A stretch of 64,000 nucleotides of DNA from an uncultured Candidatus Rokubacteria bacterium (GTDB lineage: Bacteria > Methylomirabilota > Methylomirabilia > Rokubacteriales > DASRDR01): positions 96,001-160,000 of the forward strand of contig CAVPSB010000010.1 of assembly GCA_963708025.1 (NCBI GenBank), written 5' to 3'. Position numbers and translations under genes: made by a program. Below, one piece after another: positions 26,835 through 36,095 of the stretch; the stretch's first letter is position 1, and each line of letters begins with the position of its first letter. The notes below the pieces were generated by a model. The model had not been told where the DNA came from, made no database searches, and was given only the letters and a program-made list of their open reading frames with translations.

Positions 26835-28373
26835 ATGACGTCGTACCGCTGGGCCCGGGCCGGCGACCTCAACGCGGCGTTCGGCCTCGTCGTCAACAAC
26901 ATGACCAACCTCGTCGTCCTGGCCGGCCTGTTGATCGGCGTGTTCCGATTCCCCGCCGATCTGGTCCTCTACCGCATGATTCCCGGCACCGCCCTCGGCG
27001 TCCTGATCGGCGACCTCGTGTACACGTGGCTCGCGTTCCGTCTGGCCCGCCAGAGCGGACGGGACGAGGTGACCGCGATGCCCTTCGGCATCGACACGCC
27101 CTCGCTCTTCGGGATGACGTTCGCGGTGATCGGCCCCACCATGGTGCTGACCCGGGATCCGGTGCTGGCCTGGAAGGTCGGCATGGGAACGACCGTGGCG
27201 ATGGGCGTCGCCAAGCTGGTCCTGTCCTTCGGCGGCGAGTGGGTGCGGCGCGTGGTGCCCCGGGCGGGCCTGCTCGGATCCATCGCGGGCGTCGCCATCC
27301 TGCTGATCGCCTTCCTGCCGGCGCTGAAGGTGTTCGCGGATCCGCTGGTCGGCCTGGTCGCCCTCGGGCTGATCCTGGTGACCTTGACGGGCAGGATCGC
27401 GCTGCCCGGCCGCATCCCCGGCGCGCTGGCGGCGGTGGTCGCGGGTTCGCTGGTCTACGCCGCCGAGCGGGGCCTCGGCATCAGCGGCGTGCCGGCCGCC
27501 CTGGCGCTGCCGGGCGAGTGGCGCTTCGCGGTGCCGTGGCCCACCCTGGCCTGGCTCGACGCGCTGCCCCAGACGTGGGCGGCCCTCTCGGTGGCGCTCC
27601 CCTTCGCGGTGGCGACGGTCATCGGGGGCATCGACAACACGGAGAGCGCGATCGCCGCCGGGGATCACTATCGCACCCGCGACATCCTGCTCACCGAGGC
27701 GTGCGCGACGCTCCTGGCCGGGCTCTGCGGCGGCGTGATCCAGAACACGCCGTACATCGGGCACCCGGCGTACAAGGCGATGGGAGCGCGCGCGGCCTAC
27801 ACGCTGGCCACCGGGCTCGTCATCGGTCTCGGCGCCATGGCCGGCGTGATCTCCGTCCTGGTGGGCATCATCCCGGAGGCCGCGGTGGCGCCGATCCTGA
27901 TCTTCATCGGGCTCGAGATCACGGCCCAGGCCTTCCTGGCCACGCCGGCTCGGCACGCCCCCGCGGTGGCGCTGGCCTTCGTGCCGGTCGTGGCCGCGCT
28001 GCTCCTCATCGAGATGGGAAGCCTCCTGGCGGGGCTGGGCCGGGGACCACAGGACCTCACGGGCGAGGCGGCCCGCACGCTGGAGACGATCCGGGTCCTG
28101 GGCAACGGCTTCATCCTCACCGCGCTCCTGTGGGCCTCCGGGGTGGCGCAGATCATCGATCGCCGGCTCCGGGCGGCCGCGGCCGTCTTCGCCGTCGCCA
28201 GCGCCGCCAGTCTCTGCGGCATCATCCACTCGCCGCTCCTCACGGGTGGGCTGTTCTGGCCCGGCGGCATCGACTCCCGATGGCCCGGCCTCCTGGCCGG
28301 CGGCTACGGCCTCCTGGCCGCCACGCTGGCCCTGCTGGCCCCCTGGGCGGGTGAGGCGCGGCGCGAGGCGTGA
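26835..28373 (+). CDS. Xanthine/uracil permease-like membrane transporter (AzgA/NCS2-related)
   Basis: Many TM helices; TAMPFGIDTPS, PRAGLLGSIAG, TPYIGHPAYKAMGAR. Confidence 0.8.
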   Translation: MTSYRWARAGDLNAAFGLVVNNMTNLVVLAGLLIGVFRFPADLVLYRMIPGTALGVLIGDLVYTWLAFRLARQSGRDEVTAMPFGIDTPSLFGMTFAVIGPTMVLTRDPVLAWKVGMGTTVAMGVAKLVLSFGGEWVRRVVPRAGLLGSIAGVAILLIAFLPALKVFADPLVGLVALGLILVTLTGRIALPGRIPGALAAVVAGSLVYAAERGLGISGVPAALALPGEWRFAVPWPTLAWLDALPQTWAALSVALPFAVATVIGGIDNTESAIAAGDHYRTRDILLTEACATLLAGLCGGVIQNTPYIGHPAYKAMGARAAYTLATGLVIGLGAMAGVISVLVGIIPEAAVAPILIFIGLEITAQAFLATPARHAPAVALAFVPVVAALLLIEMGSLLAGLGRGPQDLTGEAARTLETIRVLGNGFILTALLWASGVAQIIDRRLRAAAAVFAVASAASLCGIIHSPLLTGGLFWPGGIDSRWPGLLAGGYGLLAATLALLAPWAGEARREA

Positions 28374-28431
28374 CACACTCGCGAGCGCTTGACCGTCCGG
28401 CGGCTCCGGTGGTACATAGAGGTACGTCACT

Positions 28432-28449
28432 TTGTGAATTCGGTCACGA
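28432..28449. promoter_or_regulatory. CRP-family or Rex-like operator upstream of cytochrome c
   Basis: TTGTGAA-ttcg-GTCACGA (TGTGA-N6-TCACG), downstream of TTGACC-N18-TACATA. Confidence 0.55.
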
Positions 28450-28500
28450 CATCGTCCCACCGATGTCTGAACACGATGTCTGAACACAGAGGAGGTCCCG

Positions 28501-28938
28501 ATGACACGCACCGTCACCCTGGCCAGCCTGGCCGCCGCCGGCTTGCTCCTGGCCACCCCCGCGATGGTCGGCCCCGCCTGGGCGCAGGCCGCCGCCAAGT
28601 GGGAGCTGACGAAGGAGCAGAAGGAGCGGGTCGCCAAGCTCAAGAACCCGGTGGCCGCCGACAAGCGGGCGCCGTCGGTCGAGAACGGCAAGAAGATCGC
28701 GGCGACGAACTGCGCGCCCTGTCACGGTCCCGGCGGCAAGGGGGACGGCCCGGGGGCGTCGGCGCTGCCGAAGAAGCCCGCCGACTGGACATCCAAGGCG
28801 GTCCAGGACGAGTCCGACGCGGCGATCTTCGTCCGGATCAGCGACGGGAACCCGCCGATGCCGCCCTGGGCCAGCCTGCCCGAGAAGGATCGGTGGGACC
28901 TCGTGAACTACGTCAAGAGCCTCGGCAAGAAGTCCTAG
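28501..28938 (+). CDS. Periplasmic monoheme cytochrome c
   Basis: SD GGAGG, signal peptide (AWA-Q), CAPCH heme motif, GKGDG, PMP, WDLVNYV. Confidence 0.92.
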   Translation: MTRTVTLASLAAAGLLLATPAMVGPAWAQAAAKWELTKEQKERVAKLKNPVAADKRAPSVENGKKIAATNCAPCHGPGGKGDGPGASALPKKPADWTSKAVQDESDAAIFVRISDGNPPMPPWASLPEKDRWDLVNYVKSLGKKS

Positions 28939-29205
28939 GCCGCCGTCTCGCCATCGACCGCCCCTCTCGGCCAGATCGGGAGGGGCGGTTCTGTTCCGCC
29001 CCCGAACCACACCCGGGTTCCCGGGAGCGCGGAGCGGGAGACGGCGAGCCGCTCCAAGAACTTCGGGAAGACCCTGGCGCGGATCGCGGGCCGCCTCGAC
29101 GACCTTGCCACGGGCCTGGCCCGGCTGGCCCCGGCGGCCGAGGCCGCGCCGGTCGGGGAGCCGCTGAGAGAGAGCGAGCGGCAAGGCCTGGCCCGCATCG
29201 AGAGC

Positions 29206-31179
29206 TTGCTGGCCATCGGCTCCGCGCTCCCCCATGACGCCGCCCTGGTCCTCGCCATCGACCGCGTGGTCCACGGCGCTGGCGCCGACTGCGCGGCCCT
29301 TTTCCTGCCGACCGCCGAGGCCGACCTGGCGGCGCCCGTCCATCGCGGCTTCGTCCCGGCCTCGCCTCGCCTCGCCTCGGCCGACGGGATCGTCGGCCGA
29401 GCGTTCCGCGAGCACGAGGCCATCCGGGCTGGCCCCGAGCACCGGGCCGCCGACCGCTTGCTGCGCGAGCACGGGGTCGAGCACGCCCTCGCGATCCCCG
29501 TGCCCTGGTCTGGATCCACGCCGCTCGGCGTCCTGCTGGCCGGCCGGCGGCGCCCGTCCGCCTTCGGGCCCGAGGCTCTCGAGGTGCTGGCGGTGGTCGC
29601 CGATCGTCTGGCGTTGGTGCTCGGAGGGGCGACGCGCTCGGCGGCCGGGGCGCGGCTCGGCGAGGACCTGGACCTCGCGGCGACCGCGACCCGCGTGGTG
29701 GGCGAGGCGGCGCGGCGGCTCGGGGCACCCCGGGTCGCGGTCCTGCTGCCGCACGCGGGCGGCCTTCGTGTCGCTGCCTCGATCGGGATCGCGGTGGACA
29801 CCCCGCCGCCGGATCCGGAGACGGCGCCGCTGGCGACCGCCCGGCTCACCGGCCGCCCGTGGCAGGCGGCGGACGCGGCGGAAGGCGGGCCGCTCGCGGA
29901 GTTTCTCGGTGCGCCGCCGCGCCTCGTGGTCCCGCTCCTTGCCGGCGAGGCCACCGTCGCGCTGCTCGTGGCCGGCGGGCCGTCGCCGCTCGACCCGGAC
30001 GCGCTCGTCGAGCTGACGGGCCCGGCCGGCCGGGCGATCGTGAACGCGCGCCTGCACACCGAGACCGTGGCGGCCCTGGCGGAGCTGCGGCGTCCCGAGT
30101 CGCGGCCACCGGCGCCCGCGCCGCCGCCGGCCCGGGACTTCGCAGGCCTTCTCGCCGTGGTGCTGGCCCGGATCGGACTCGTGCGGGAGCGGCTCGCCGA
30201 CCCCGCGCTCATCGCCGACCTGGGGCTCGCCGAGGAGGCGGCCTGGCGCGCCGCCGAGGCGATCCGCGGCCTGCTCGGCTTCCCCCGGGGATCCCGCAGC
30301 ACCGATCTCCGGCCACTCGATCTCGCGGCCGTGGTCGAGGCCGCGGTGGAGGAGACGCGCCGGCGGTGGTCGGCCGGCGGCCACGAGTGGCCGCCCGTCC
30401 AGCTGGCCGTGGAGCCCCTGCCGCCGGTTCGCGGGAGCGGCGAGGAGCTGCGCGAGGCGATCGAGCACCTCCTGGCCAACGCCGCCGAGGCGACCCCGGC
30501 CGGGGGCGTCGTCCGGCTCGGAGCCCGCTGGGACGGCGGGAGCCGTGTCGAGCTGACCGTGGAGGATTCCGGCAGCGGGATGGACGAGGCGGTTCGGGCG
30601 CGGGCGCTCGAGCCCTTCTTCTCGACCAAGGGAGCCGGGCGGCTCGGACTCGGGCTCGCCGTCGCCCAGGCGATCATCGTGCGTCATCGCGGCGCGCTCG
30701 ACCTGGAGAGCGCGGCGGGTCACGGCACGACGGTCCGAGTCGTGCTGCCGACCGCGACCGGGGGCGGGCCCGGCGGGCCGAGGCCGGCCGAGGCGCCCCG
30801 CCACGCCCGGGTGCTGGTCGTCGAGGACGAGCCGGCGGTCCGCGACGGCCTCGTCGCGCTCCTGGTGCAGCACGGCCACGTCGCCGTCGGGGTCGCCGAC
30901 GCCGAGGCGGCCTTCGCGACCCTGCGGCGCGAAGCCGTGGACGCGATCGTCACCGACCTCGCGCTGCCGGGTCGATCCGGCCTCGACGTGGCGCGGGTGG
31001 CGAAGCGTATCCAGCCAGGGACTGCGGTGATCCTCGTCAGCGCCTGGCCCGGGCGCCTGGAGCCCGAGGTCCTCCGGGAGAGCGGCGTCGATCGCGTCCT
31101 CGACAAGCCGGTCGACGGCCCCCAGCTGGCGGGCGCGCTGAACACGCTGCTGGCCCGCCGCCGGGAGACCCCGGCCTGA
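29206..31179 (+). CDS. GAF-domain hybrid sensor kinase/receiver with degenerate H-box; start uncertain
   Basis: Two GAF-like regions, N/G1/F/G2 boxes (LANAAEA, DSGSGM, PFFSTK, GLGLA), REC (VEDE, TDL, KP); ARDF where AHDF is expected. Confidence 0.8.
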   Translation: MLAIGSALPHDAALVLAIDRVVHGAGADCAALFLPTAEADLAAPVHRGFVPASPRLASADGIVGRAFREHEAIRAGPEHRAADRLLREHGVEHALAIPVPWSGSTPLGVLLAGRRRPSAFGPEALEVLAVVADRLALVLGGATRSAAGARLGEDLDLAATATRVVGEAARRLGAPRVAVLLPHAGGLRVAASIGIAVDTPPPDPETAPLATARLTGRPWQAADAAEGGPLAEFLGAPPRLVVPLLAGEATVALLVAGGPSPLDPDALVELTGPAGRAIVNARLHTETVAALAELRRPESRPPAPAPPPARDFAGLLAVVLARIGLVRERLADPALIADLGLAEEAAWRAAEAIRGLLGFPRGSRSTDLRPLDLAAVVEAAVEETRRRWSAGGHEWPPVQLAVEPLPPVRGSGEELREAIEHLLANAAEATPAGGVVRLGARWDGGSRVELTVEDSGSGMDEAVRARALEPFFSTKGAGRLGLGLAVAQAIIVRHRGALDLESAAGHGTTVRVVLPTATGGGPGGPRPAEAPRHARVLVVEDEPAVRDGLVALLVQHGHVAVGVADAEAAFATLRREAVDAIVTDLALPGRSGLDVARVAKRIQPGTAVILVSAWPGRLEPEVLRESGVDRVLDKPVDGPQLAGALNTLLARRRETPA

Positions 31180-31190
31180 GAGCAGTGTGA

Positions 31191-32231
31191 ATGTCGAGCG
31201 AGCGAATCGTCTCTCGGTTGGATAGGGGTCGTCAACCGTGCGGGAGGGGGCCCGGGGGGTGGGCCGGTGGCCCCGAACAAGCCGGGCGGCTGGCCGGCGT
31301 CGACCTCGGCAGCAACACGATCCGCCTCCTCGTCGCCGACGCCGACCCCGCGGCCGGGCTACGTCCCGTCCACGCCGAGCAAGTCGTCGCGCGGCTGGGG
31401 CAGGGGGTCGCGCAGAGCGGCGTCCTGGCGCCCGAGGCGATGGAGCGCGCCCTGGCGGCGGTGCGCGGGTACCGGAACCGCGCGCGAGCGCTCGGGGCCG
31501 GGCAGGTCCTCGTCGTCGCCACCGCGGCGGTGCGGCAGGCGCGGAACCGGGACGAGTTCCTCGGCCGCCTCGCCGCCGAGGCCGGGGTGGTGGCGCGCGT
31601 CGCGAGTGGCGCGGAGGAGGCCCGGCTCACGCTGCTCGGTGTCGCCTCGGCGCTGCCGCCGCTGGCCGCTGTCTACGTCGTCCTCGACATCGGCGGCGGG
31701 AGCACCGAGCTCATCGTGGCCTGCGGGGCCCGGCCCGCCGCCGCGGTGAGCCTGACGCTCGGCTGCGTGGGGCTGGTTGAGCGCTTCCTGCAGGCCGATC
31801 CCGTGGATTGGGCCGAGTACGCCTCCTGTGCGGCGCACGTCGCCGGGCGGCTCGCCGCCGAGGCGTGGGCCGAGATCCGTCCGCTCGGCCCCCGGCTCCT
31901 CGTCGGCACCGCGGGGACGATCACCACGCTGGCGGCGCTCGACCTCGGGTTGACCGCGTACGATGCCGCGCGCGTCCAGGGGTATCGCCTCACCGCGGGA
32001 CGCATCGAGGCGCTCCTCCACCGGCTCGGCGCGCTGCCCCTGGCCGAGCGCGCGCGGTTGCCCGGGCTCGAGCCGGGCCGGGCCGACCTGATCATCCCGG
32101 GGATCGCGGTGACGCTCGGCGTCCTGGCCGGTCTGGATCTTCCGGAACTGCTCGTCTCCGACAGCGGGCTTCGCGAGGGGATCCTCCTCGACGCCGTCGG
32201 CTGGGCGCCGCCCGACAGCGGCGCGCCTTGA
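31191..32231 (+). CDS. Ppx/GppA phosphatase
   Basis: DLGSNTIRL, ATAAVR, EEARL, DIGGGSTE, RADLI, GLREG. Confidence 0.92.
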   Translation: MSSERIVSRLDRGRQPCGRGPGGWAGGPEQAGRLAGVDLGSNTIRLLVADADPAAGLRPVHAEQVVARLGQGVAQSGVLAPEAMERALAAVRGYRNRARALGAGQVLVVATAAVRQARNRDEFLGRLAAEAGVVARVASGAEEARLTLLGVASALPPLAAVYVVLDIGGGSTELIVACGARPAAAVSLTLGCVGLVERFLQADPVDWAEYASCAAHVAGRLAAEAWAEIRPLGPRLLVGTAGTITTLAALDLGLTAYDAARVQGYRLTAGRIEALLHRLGALPLAERARLPGLEPGRADLIIPGIAVTLGVLAGLDLPELLVSDSGLREGILLDAVGWAPPDSGAP

Positions 32232-32308
32232 TTGCCGCCGCCCGCCGCCCTCTGCTAGACTGAGCGCATTCGTCGTCGCGCTGCCCGCAACCCCGACGGG
32301 ACGAGGTC

Positions 32309-33247
32309 GTGCTCCGGAACCTGCTCCTCCATCTCTCCACGAAGCCGGCGATCGGCCGGACCCTCGACCGGTTCCCCGCGTCGCGCCGGGTCGTCCGGCG
32401 GTTCGTGGCCGGGGAGCGGATCGAGGACGCGCTGCCCGTGCTGGCCCGCCTGAACGACGACAGGTTCGAGTCGGCGGTGACGTACCTCGGCGAGAACGTC
32501 GCCACCACCAAGGCGGCCCGCGCCGCCGCCGACACGTACTGCACGCTCCTGGACGCCCTTCATCGTCTGAACCTGCGGACCACGCCGTCTCTCAAGCTGA
32601 CGCACCTCGGGCTCGACCTGGGCGAGGAGGTGGCGTGGGAGAACGTGGAGCGCGTGCTGGACCGGGCGGGGCGCACTGTCATCTGGTTTGACATGGAAGG
32701 TCGCGCCTACACCGATCGCACGCTGGCCTTCTACCGCCGTGCCCGCGCGCGCTGGCCGAACGTGGCGTGCGTGGTGCAGGCCTACCTCTACCGGACCGAG
32801 GCGGACCTGAAGTCCCTCGTTGTTGGGGAAGGAGGCCCCGGGCACCCGCTGCGCGTCCGGCTCTGCAAGGGCGCCTACCAGGAGCCGCCGGCCATCGCCT
32901 ATCCGGTGAAGGCCGACGTGGACCGGAACTACGCTCGTCTGGCCGGCCTGCTCCTCTCGCCGGCGGCCCAGCGCGCCGGCGTGTATCCGGCCTTCGCGAC
33001 CCACGACGAGCGGCTCATCCGGGTTCTGCTCGACAAGACCCGCGAGCTCGGCCTGCCACCGGACCGCTTCGAGTTCCAGATGCTCTACGGGATCCGGCCG
33101 GATCTTCACGCGATGCTGAAGGCGGCCGGGGTCCGCCTCCGCGTCCTGGTCCCGTTCGGCGAGGACTGGTACGGCTACTTCGTGCGACGGCTCGCCGAGC
33201 GGCCGGCCAACCTACTCTTCCTTGCTCGGAACCTCGGCCGCGGCTGA
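32309..33247 (+). CDS. Monofunctional proline dehydrogenase
   Basis: RFVAGE, LKLT, DME, QAYLYR, RLCKGAY, ATHD, EFQMLYGIR, RRLAERPAN. Confidence 0.93.
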   Translation: MLRNLLLHLSTKPAIGRTLDRFPASRRVVRRFVAGERIEDALPVLARLNDDRFESAVTYLGENVATTKAARAAADTYCTLLDALHRLNLRTTPSLKLTHLGLDLGEEVAWENVERVLDRAGRTVIWFDMEGRAYTDRTLAFYRRARARWPNVACVVQAYLYRTEADLKSLVVGEGGPGHPLRVRLCKGAYQEPPAIAYPVKADVDRNYARLAGLLLSPAAQRAGVYPAFATHDERLIRVLLDKTRELGLPPDRFEFQMLYGIRPDLHAMLKAAGVRLRVLVPFGEDWYGYFVRRLAERPANLLFLARNLGRG

Positions 33248-33269
33248 GAGCGTGTTGAAAGGAATGGGT

Positions 33270-33337
33270 CGTCCGACTCCCCCCTCCCCCCCCGGTGGGT
33301 GGGGGAGGGGGGCTGGGGGGGTGGGCGGGAGGTCCCG
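33270..33337 (+). repeat. Family B repeat supplying the SD of the next gene
   Basis: gtccgactcccccctcccccccggtgggtgggggaggggggctgggggggtgggcgggaggtcccg; GGAGG ends 9 nt before ATG 33342. Confidence 0.85.
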
Positions 33338-33341
33338 CCGA

Positions 33342-34601
33342 ATGGAGCTAACGCGCGAGGAGCAGACCTGGCTCGACGGGCGGGCCGGGGAGGCGACCCG
33401 GCTCGCCCTCGACCTCGTCGTCCGCATGGGCGACCTCTTCGGCGCGGAGCGACTGCTCCCGGTCAGCCAGGCGCACATCGACGCCTGCCTCTACACGAAC
33501 GACGCCGGGCTCGAGTTCGCCGAGCGGCTGGCCGCCCTCGGCGCCCGCGTGCGGGTGCCGACGACGCTCAACGTCACGGCCCGGGACATCCGGCGCTGGG
33601 AGGCCTTCCGGGTCCCGCCCGACTGGGCCGAGAAGAGCCGGCGACTGGAGGCCGCCTACCAGGCGCTCGGCTGCCTGCCGACCTGGACGTGCGCGCCCTA
33701 CGAGCAGGGGCTGGTGCCCCGCTTCGGCGAGCAGGTCGCGTGGGGCGAGTCCAATGCCGTCGCCTACGTCAACACGGTGATCGGGGCCCGGACGAACCGC
33801 TACGCGGACTTCCTCGACGTCGCGTGTGCGCTCACCGGACGGGCACCGGCCTTCGGGCTCCACCTGGACGGGCCGCGGCGCGGTCAGGTCCTGGTCGACC
33901 TCCGGGAACTGCCGGCCGCGCTCCGGGCCCACCCGAGCCTCTACCCGATCCTCGGCTACCACGTGGGCCCGTTGATCGGCGAGCAGATCCCCGTGCTCGA
34001 CGGCATTCCGCCGTCGGTGCGGGCCGTCGATCTCAAGGCCTTCTGCGCGGCGGCGGCCAGCTCCGGCGCCCTCGCCCTGGCGCACGTGGTGGGCGTGACG
34101 CCGGAGGCGCCCACCCGGGCCGCGGCCTTTCAGGGCCACGAGCCCGAGGAGACGCTGGCGGTCACGCGCGCCGACCTCCGCGCGACGCGAGCGCGGCTGG
34201 CGCCGGCGCCGGCCGACGGCGTCAACCTGGTGAAGCTCGGCTGCCCGCATCTCTCGCTGGCCGAGGCGGTGGAGATCGCCGAGCGCGTGGCCGGGCGCCG
34301 CGTGCGACCGGAGGTGGAGTTCTGGGTCTCGACGAACCGGGCGGTCGTCCACCACCTCACGGAGTCGGGGCACCTGGCGGCGCTCGAGGGCGCCGGCGTG
34401 CGGCTGCTCGCCGACACCTGTGCCATGACGACGCGGATCGACGGCTGGGGCTTCACCCACATGCTGACGAACTCGGGCAAGCAGGCCCACTACGCCGCGG
34501 CCACCGGTTTGGAGGTGACCGTGGCCTCGCTCGACGACTGCGTCGCCTATGCGCTCGGCGACGGGGCGGCCGAGGACGAGGAGGCGCGGTGGAGCGACTG
34601 A
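33342..34601 (+). CDS. Aconitase X catalytic subunit (DUF521)
   Basis: MELTREEQ..LDG, AHID, TCAPY, GESNAV, GARTNR, TPEA, GCPH, DTC, TNSGK. Confidence 0.9.
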   Translation: MELTREEQTWLDGRAGEATRLALDLVVRMGDLFGAERLLPVSQAHIDACLYTNDAGLEFAERLAALGARVRVPTTLNVTARDIRRWEAFRVPPDWAEKSRRLEAAYQALGCLPTWTCAPYEQGLVPRFGEQVAWGESNAVAYVNTVIGARTNRYADFLDVACALTGRAPAFGLHLDGPRRGQVLVDLRELPAALRAHPSLYPILGYHVGPLIGEQIPVLDGIPPSVRAVDLKAFCAAAASSGALALAHVVGVTPEAPTRAAAFQGHEPEETLAVTRADLRATRARLAPAPADGVNLVKLGCPHLSLAEAVEIAERVAGRRVRPEVEFWVSTNRAVVHHLTESGHLAALEGAGVRLLADTCAMTTRIDGWGFTHMLTNSGKQAHYAAATGLEVTVASLDDCVAYALGDGAAEDEEARWSD

Positions 34602-35011
34602 AGGCCCGGCCGATCATTCCGGGGCGGGGCGAGGGCGCGGCGCTGGTCTCCGCCGAGGCGCTGTCGTTCTGGGGCGACGTGGACCCGTTGACGGGGCGCG
34701 TGACGAACCCGCGCCACTCCCTTCACGGGGAGCGGCTCGGGGGGCGGGTGCTCGTCTACCCGGCCGGCCGGGGCTCGTGCACGACGTCGAACATCCTCCT
34801 CGAGCTGATCCGCACGGGCCAGGCGCCGGCCGCCATCGTGACGCGATCGGTGGACCCGGTGCTGGCGGTCGGGCCGCTGGTCGGCGAGGCGCTGTACGGC
34901 CGGACCATCCCCATCGTCACGCTGGACGCCGAGGCGTTCGTGCGCATCCGGTCCGGAGACTGGCTGGTCGTGGACGCGGTCGCCGGCGAGATCACGCGGA
35001 GGGACGGATGA
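34589..35011 (+). CDS. Aconitase X swivel subunit (DUF126)
   Basis: GTG 34589; LSFWGDVDP.TG, GRGSCT, APAAI. Confidence 0.88.
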   Translation: MERLKARPIIPGRGEGAALVSAEALSFWGDVDPLTGRVTNPRHSLHGERLGGRVLVYPAGRGSCTTSNILLELIRTGQAPAAIVTRSVDPVLAVGPLVGEALYGRTIPIVTLDAEAFVRIRSGDWLVVDAVAGEITRRDG

Positions 35012-35481
35012 GGTTCCCGCGCTGGCTCTCGCTGCTGAGCTCGGGCTGCTCCTGACGGCGTCTCCCTCGACCCCGCTCCTCGTCCCGCTGGGCGGAGGAG
35101 TCAGCTGCGGGATCTGGTGGATCGGATTCGGGGGCGGCGAGATCCCGTTCGACGACCGGGCCGACGAGCCTTCGAGGCCCTGACCGGGCGCGCGGCGAGC
35201 CGCACGCCCAGCTCCCGGACCAGCCGGGAAACGCGGGTGGTCCAAGCCCTATCTCCGTCTGACCCCGCAGCCGGGCCCGTAGGCGCCGGCAGGGAGGACG
35301 TGAGACCAGCGTGAGCTCGCACCCGGCCATGCGGCCACGGGGGCATGGCCGTCGCCGGTTTCCCCTGAGGCGCCAGGGCCGCCGGAGGGTCCCGGCGCGT
35401 CGAGGAGGGCGTCGTACCGGGCCGCGCCGGGCCGGGTGGGGCCCTGGTCCGCCCGACAGACACCACCCGGCCTGTCCCAAG

Positions 35482-35511
35482 TTGACAGTGCCCGGAGCGC
35501 TTGCGTATCAT
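35482..35511 (+). promoter_or_regulatory. Sigma70-type promoter of HNH-uvrB
   Basis: TTGACA-N18-TATCAT, 10 nt before ATG 35522. Confidence 0.6.
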
Positions 35512-35521
35512 TTTGGGCCAT

Positions 35522-36064
35522 ATGGACGAGGTTGCCGTATTGGTGCTCAATGGCGGCTTCGAGCCCCTCCACTTCACGAATGCCCGCCGCGCGATCACGC
35601 TCCTCTTGAGCGGGAAGGCCGAGAGCGTCGAGCCCTCCCCCCGGGTGGTCCGCTCGCCCTCGCGCGCCTTCCCGCTGCCGTCGGTGATCCGGCTGGCCAT
35701 CTACATCCGGAAGCCGTTCGTGGAGCGGGTGGCCTTCAACAAGAAGAACATCCTGCGCCGGGACCACTACACCTGCCAGTACTGCGGCCGGCGCGGGGAT
35801 CGGCTGACCGTGGACCACGTCGTGCCGCGCTCCAAGGGCGGCGACACCGCCTGGACAAACGTCGTGGCGGCCTGCCTCCGGTGCAACCTGGCCAAGGGCA
35901 ACCGGGCCCTGGACGAGGCGGGGATGACGCTCCTCCGGCCGCCGGCGCATCCCCAGTTCCTGTTCTCGATCCACCTGCTGCGCCACCCCCACGCGCCGCT
36001 CTTCTTCGACGCCTGGCGGAAATACCTGACCGCCGTGCCGACGGCCATCCCGTCGGGCGTCTGA
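35522..36064 (+). CDS. HNH endonuclease (McrA-like)
   Basis: [39 protein letters not shown]. Confidence 0.92.
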   Translation: MDEVAVLVLNGGFEPLHFTNARRAITLLLSGKAESVEPSPRVVRSPSRAFPLPSVIRLAIYIRKPFVERVAFNKKNILRRDHYTCQYCGRRGDRLTVDHVVPRSKGGDTAWTNVVAACLRCNLAKGNRALDEAGMTLLRPPAHPQFLFSIHLLRHPHAPLFFDAWRKYLTAVPTAIPSGV

Positions 36065-36095
36065 GTCGCCCCCTCCGGCAGCACGGGAGTTCCGG

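Noticed and set aside
28501-31179. Amber readthrough fusing cytochrome c to the kinase (same frame across TAG 28936-28938)
   Set aside because: Same frame occurs one time in three by chance; the cytochrome is secreted and no TM segment separates it from the cytoplasmic domains.
35522-36064. HNH nuclease as a homing or defence element that mobilises the repeats
   Set aside because: It looks like the widespread standalone HNH type with its own promoter; no flanking repeats or methylase link it to mobility.
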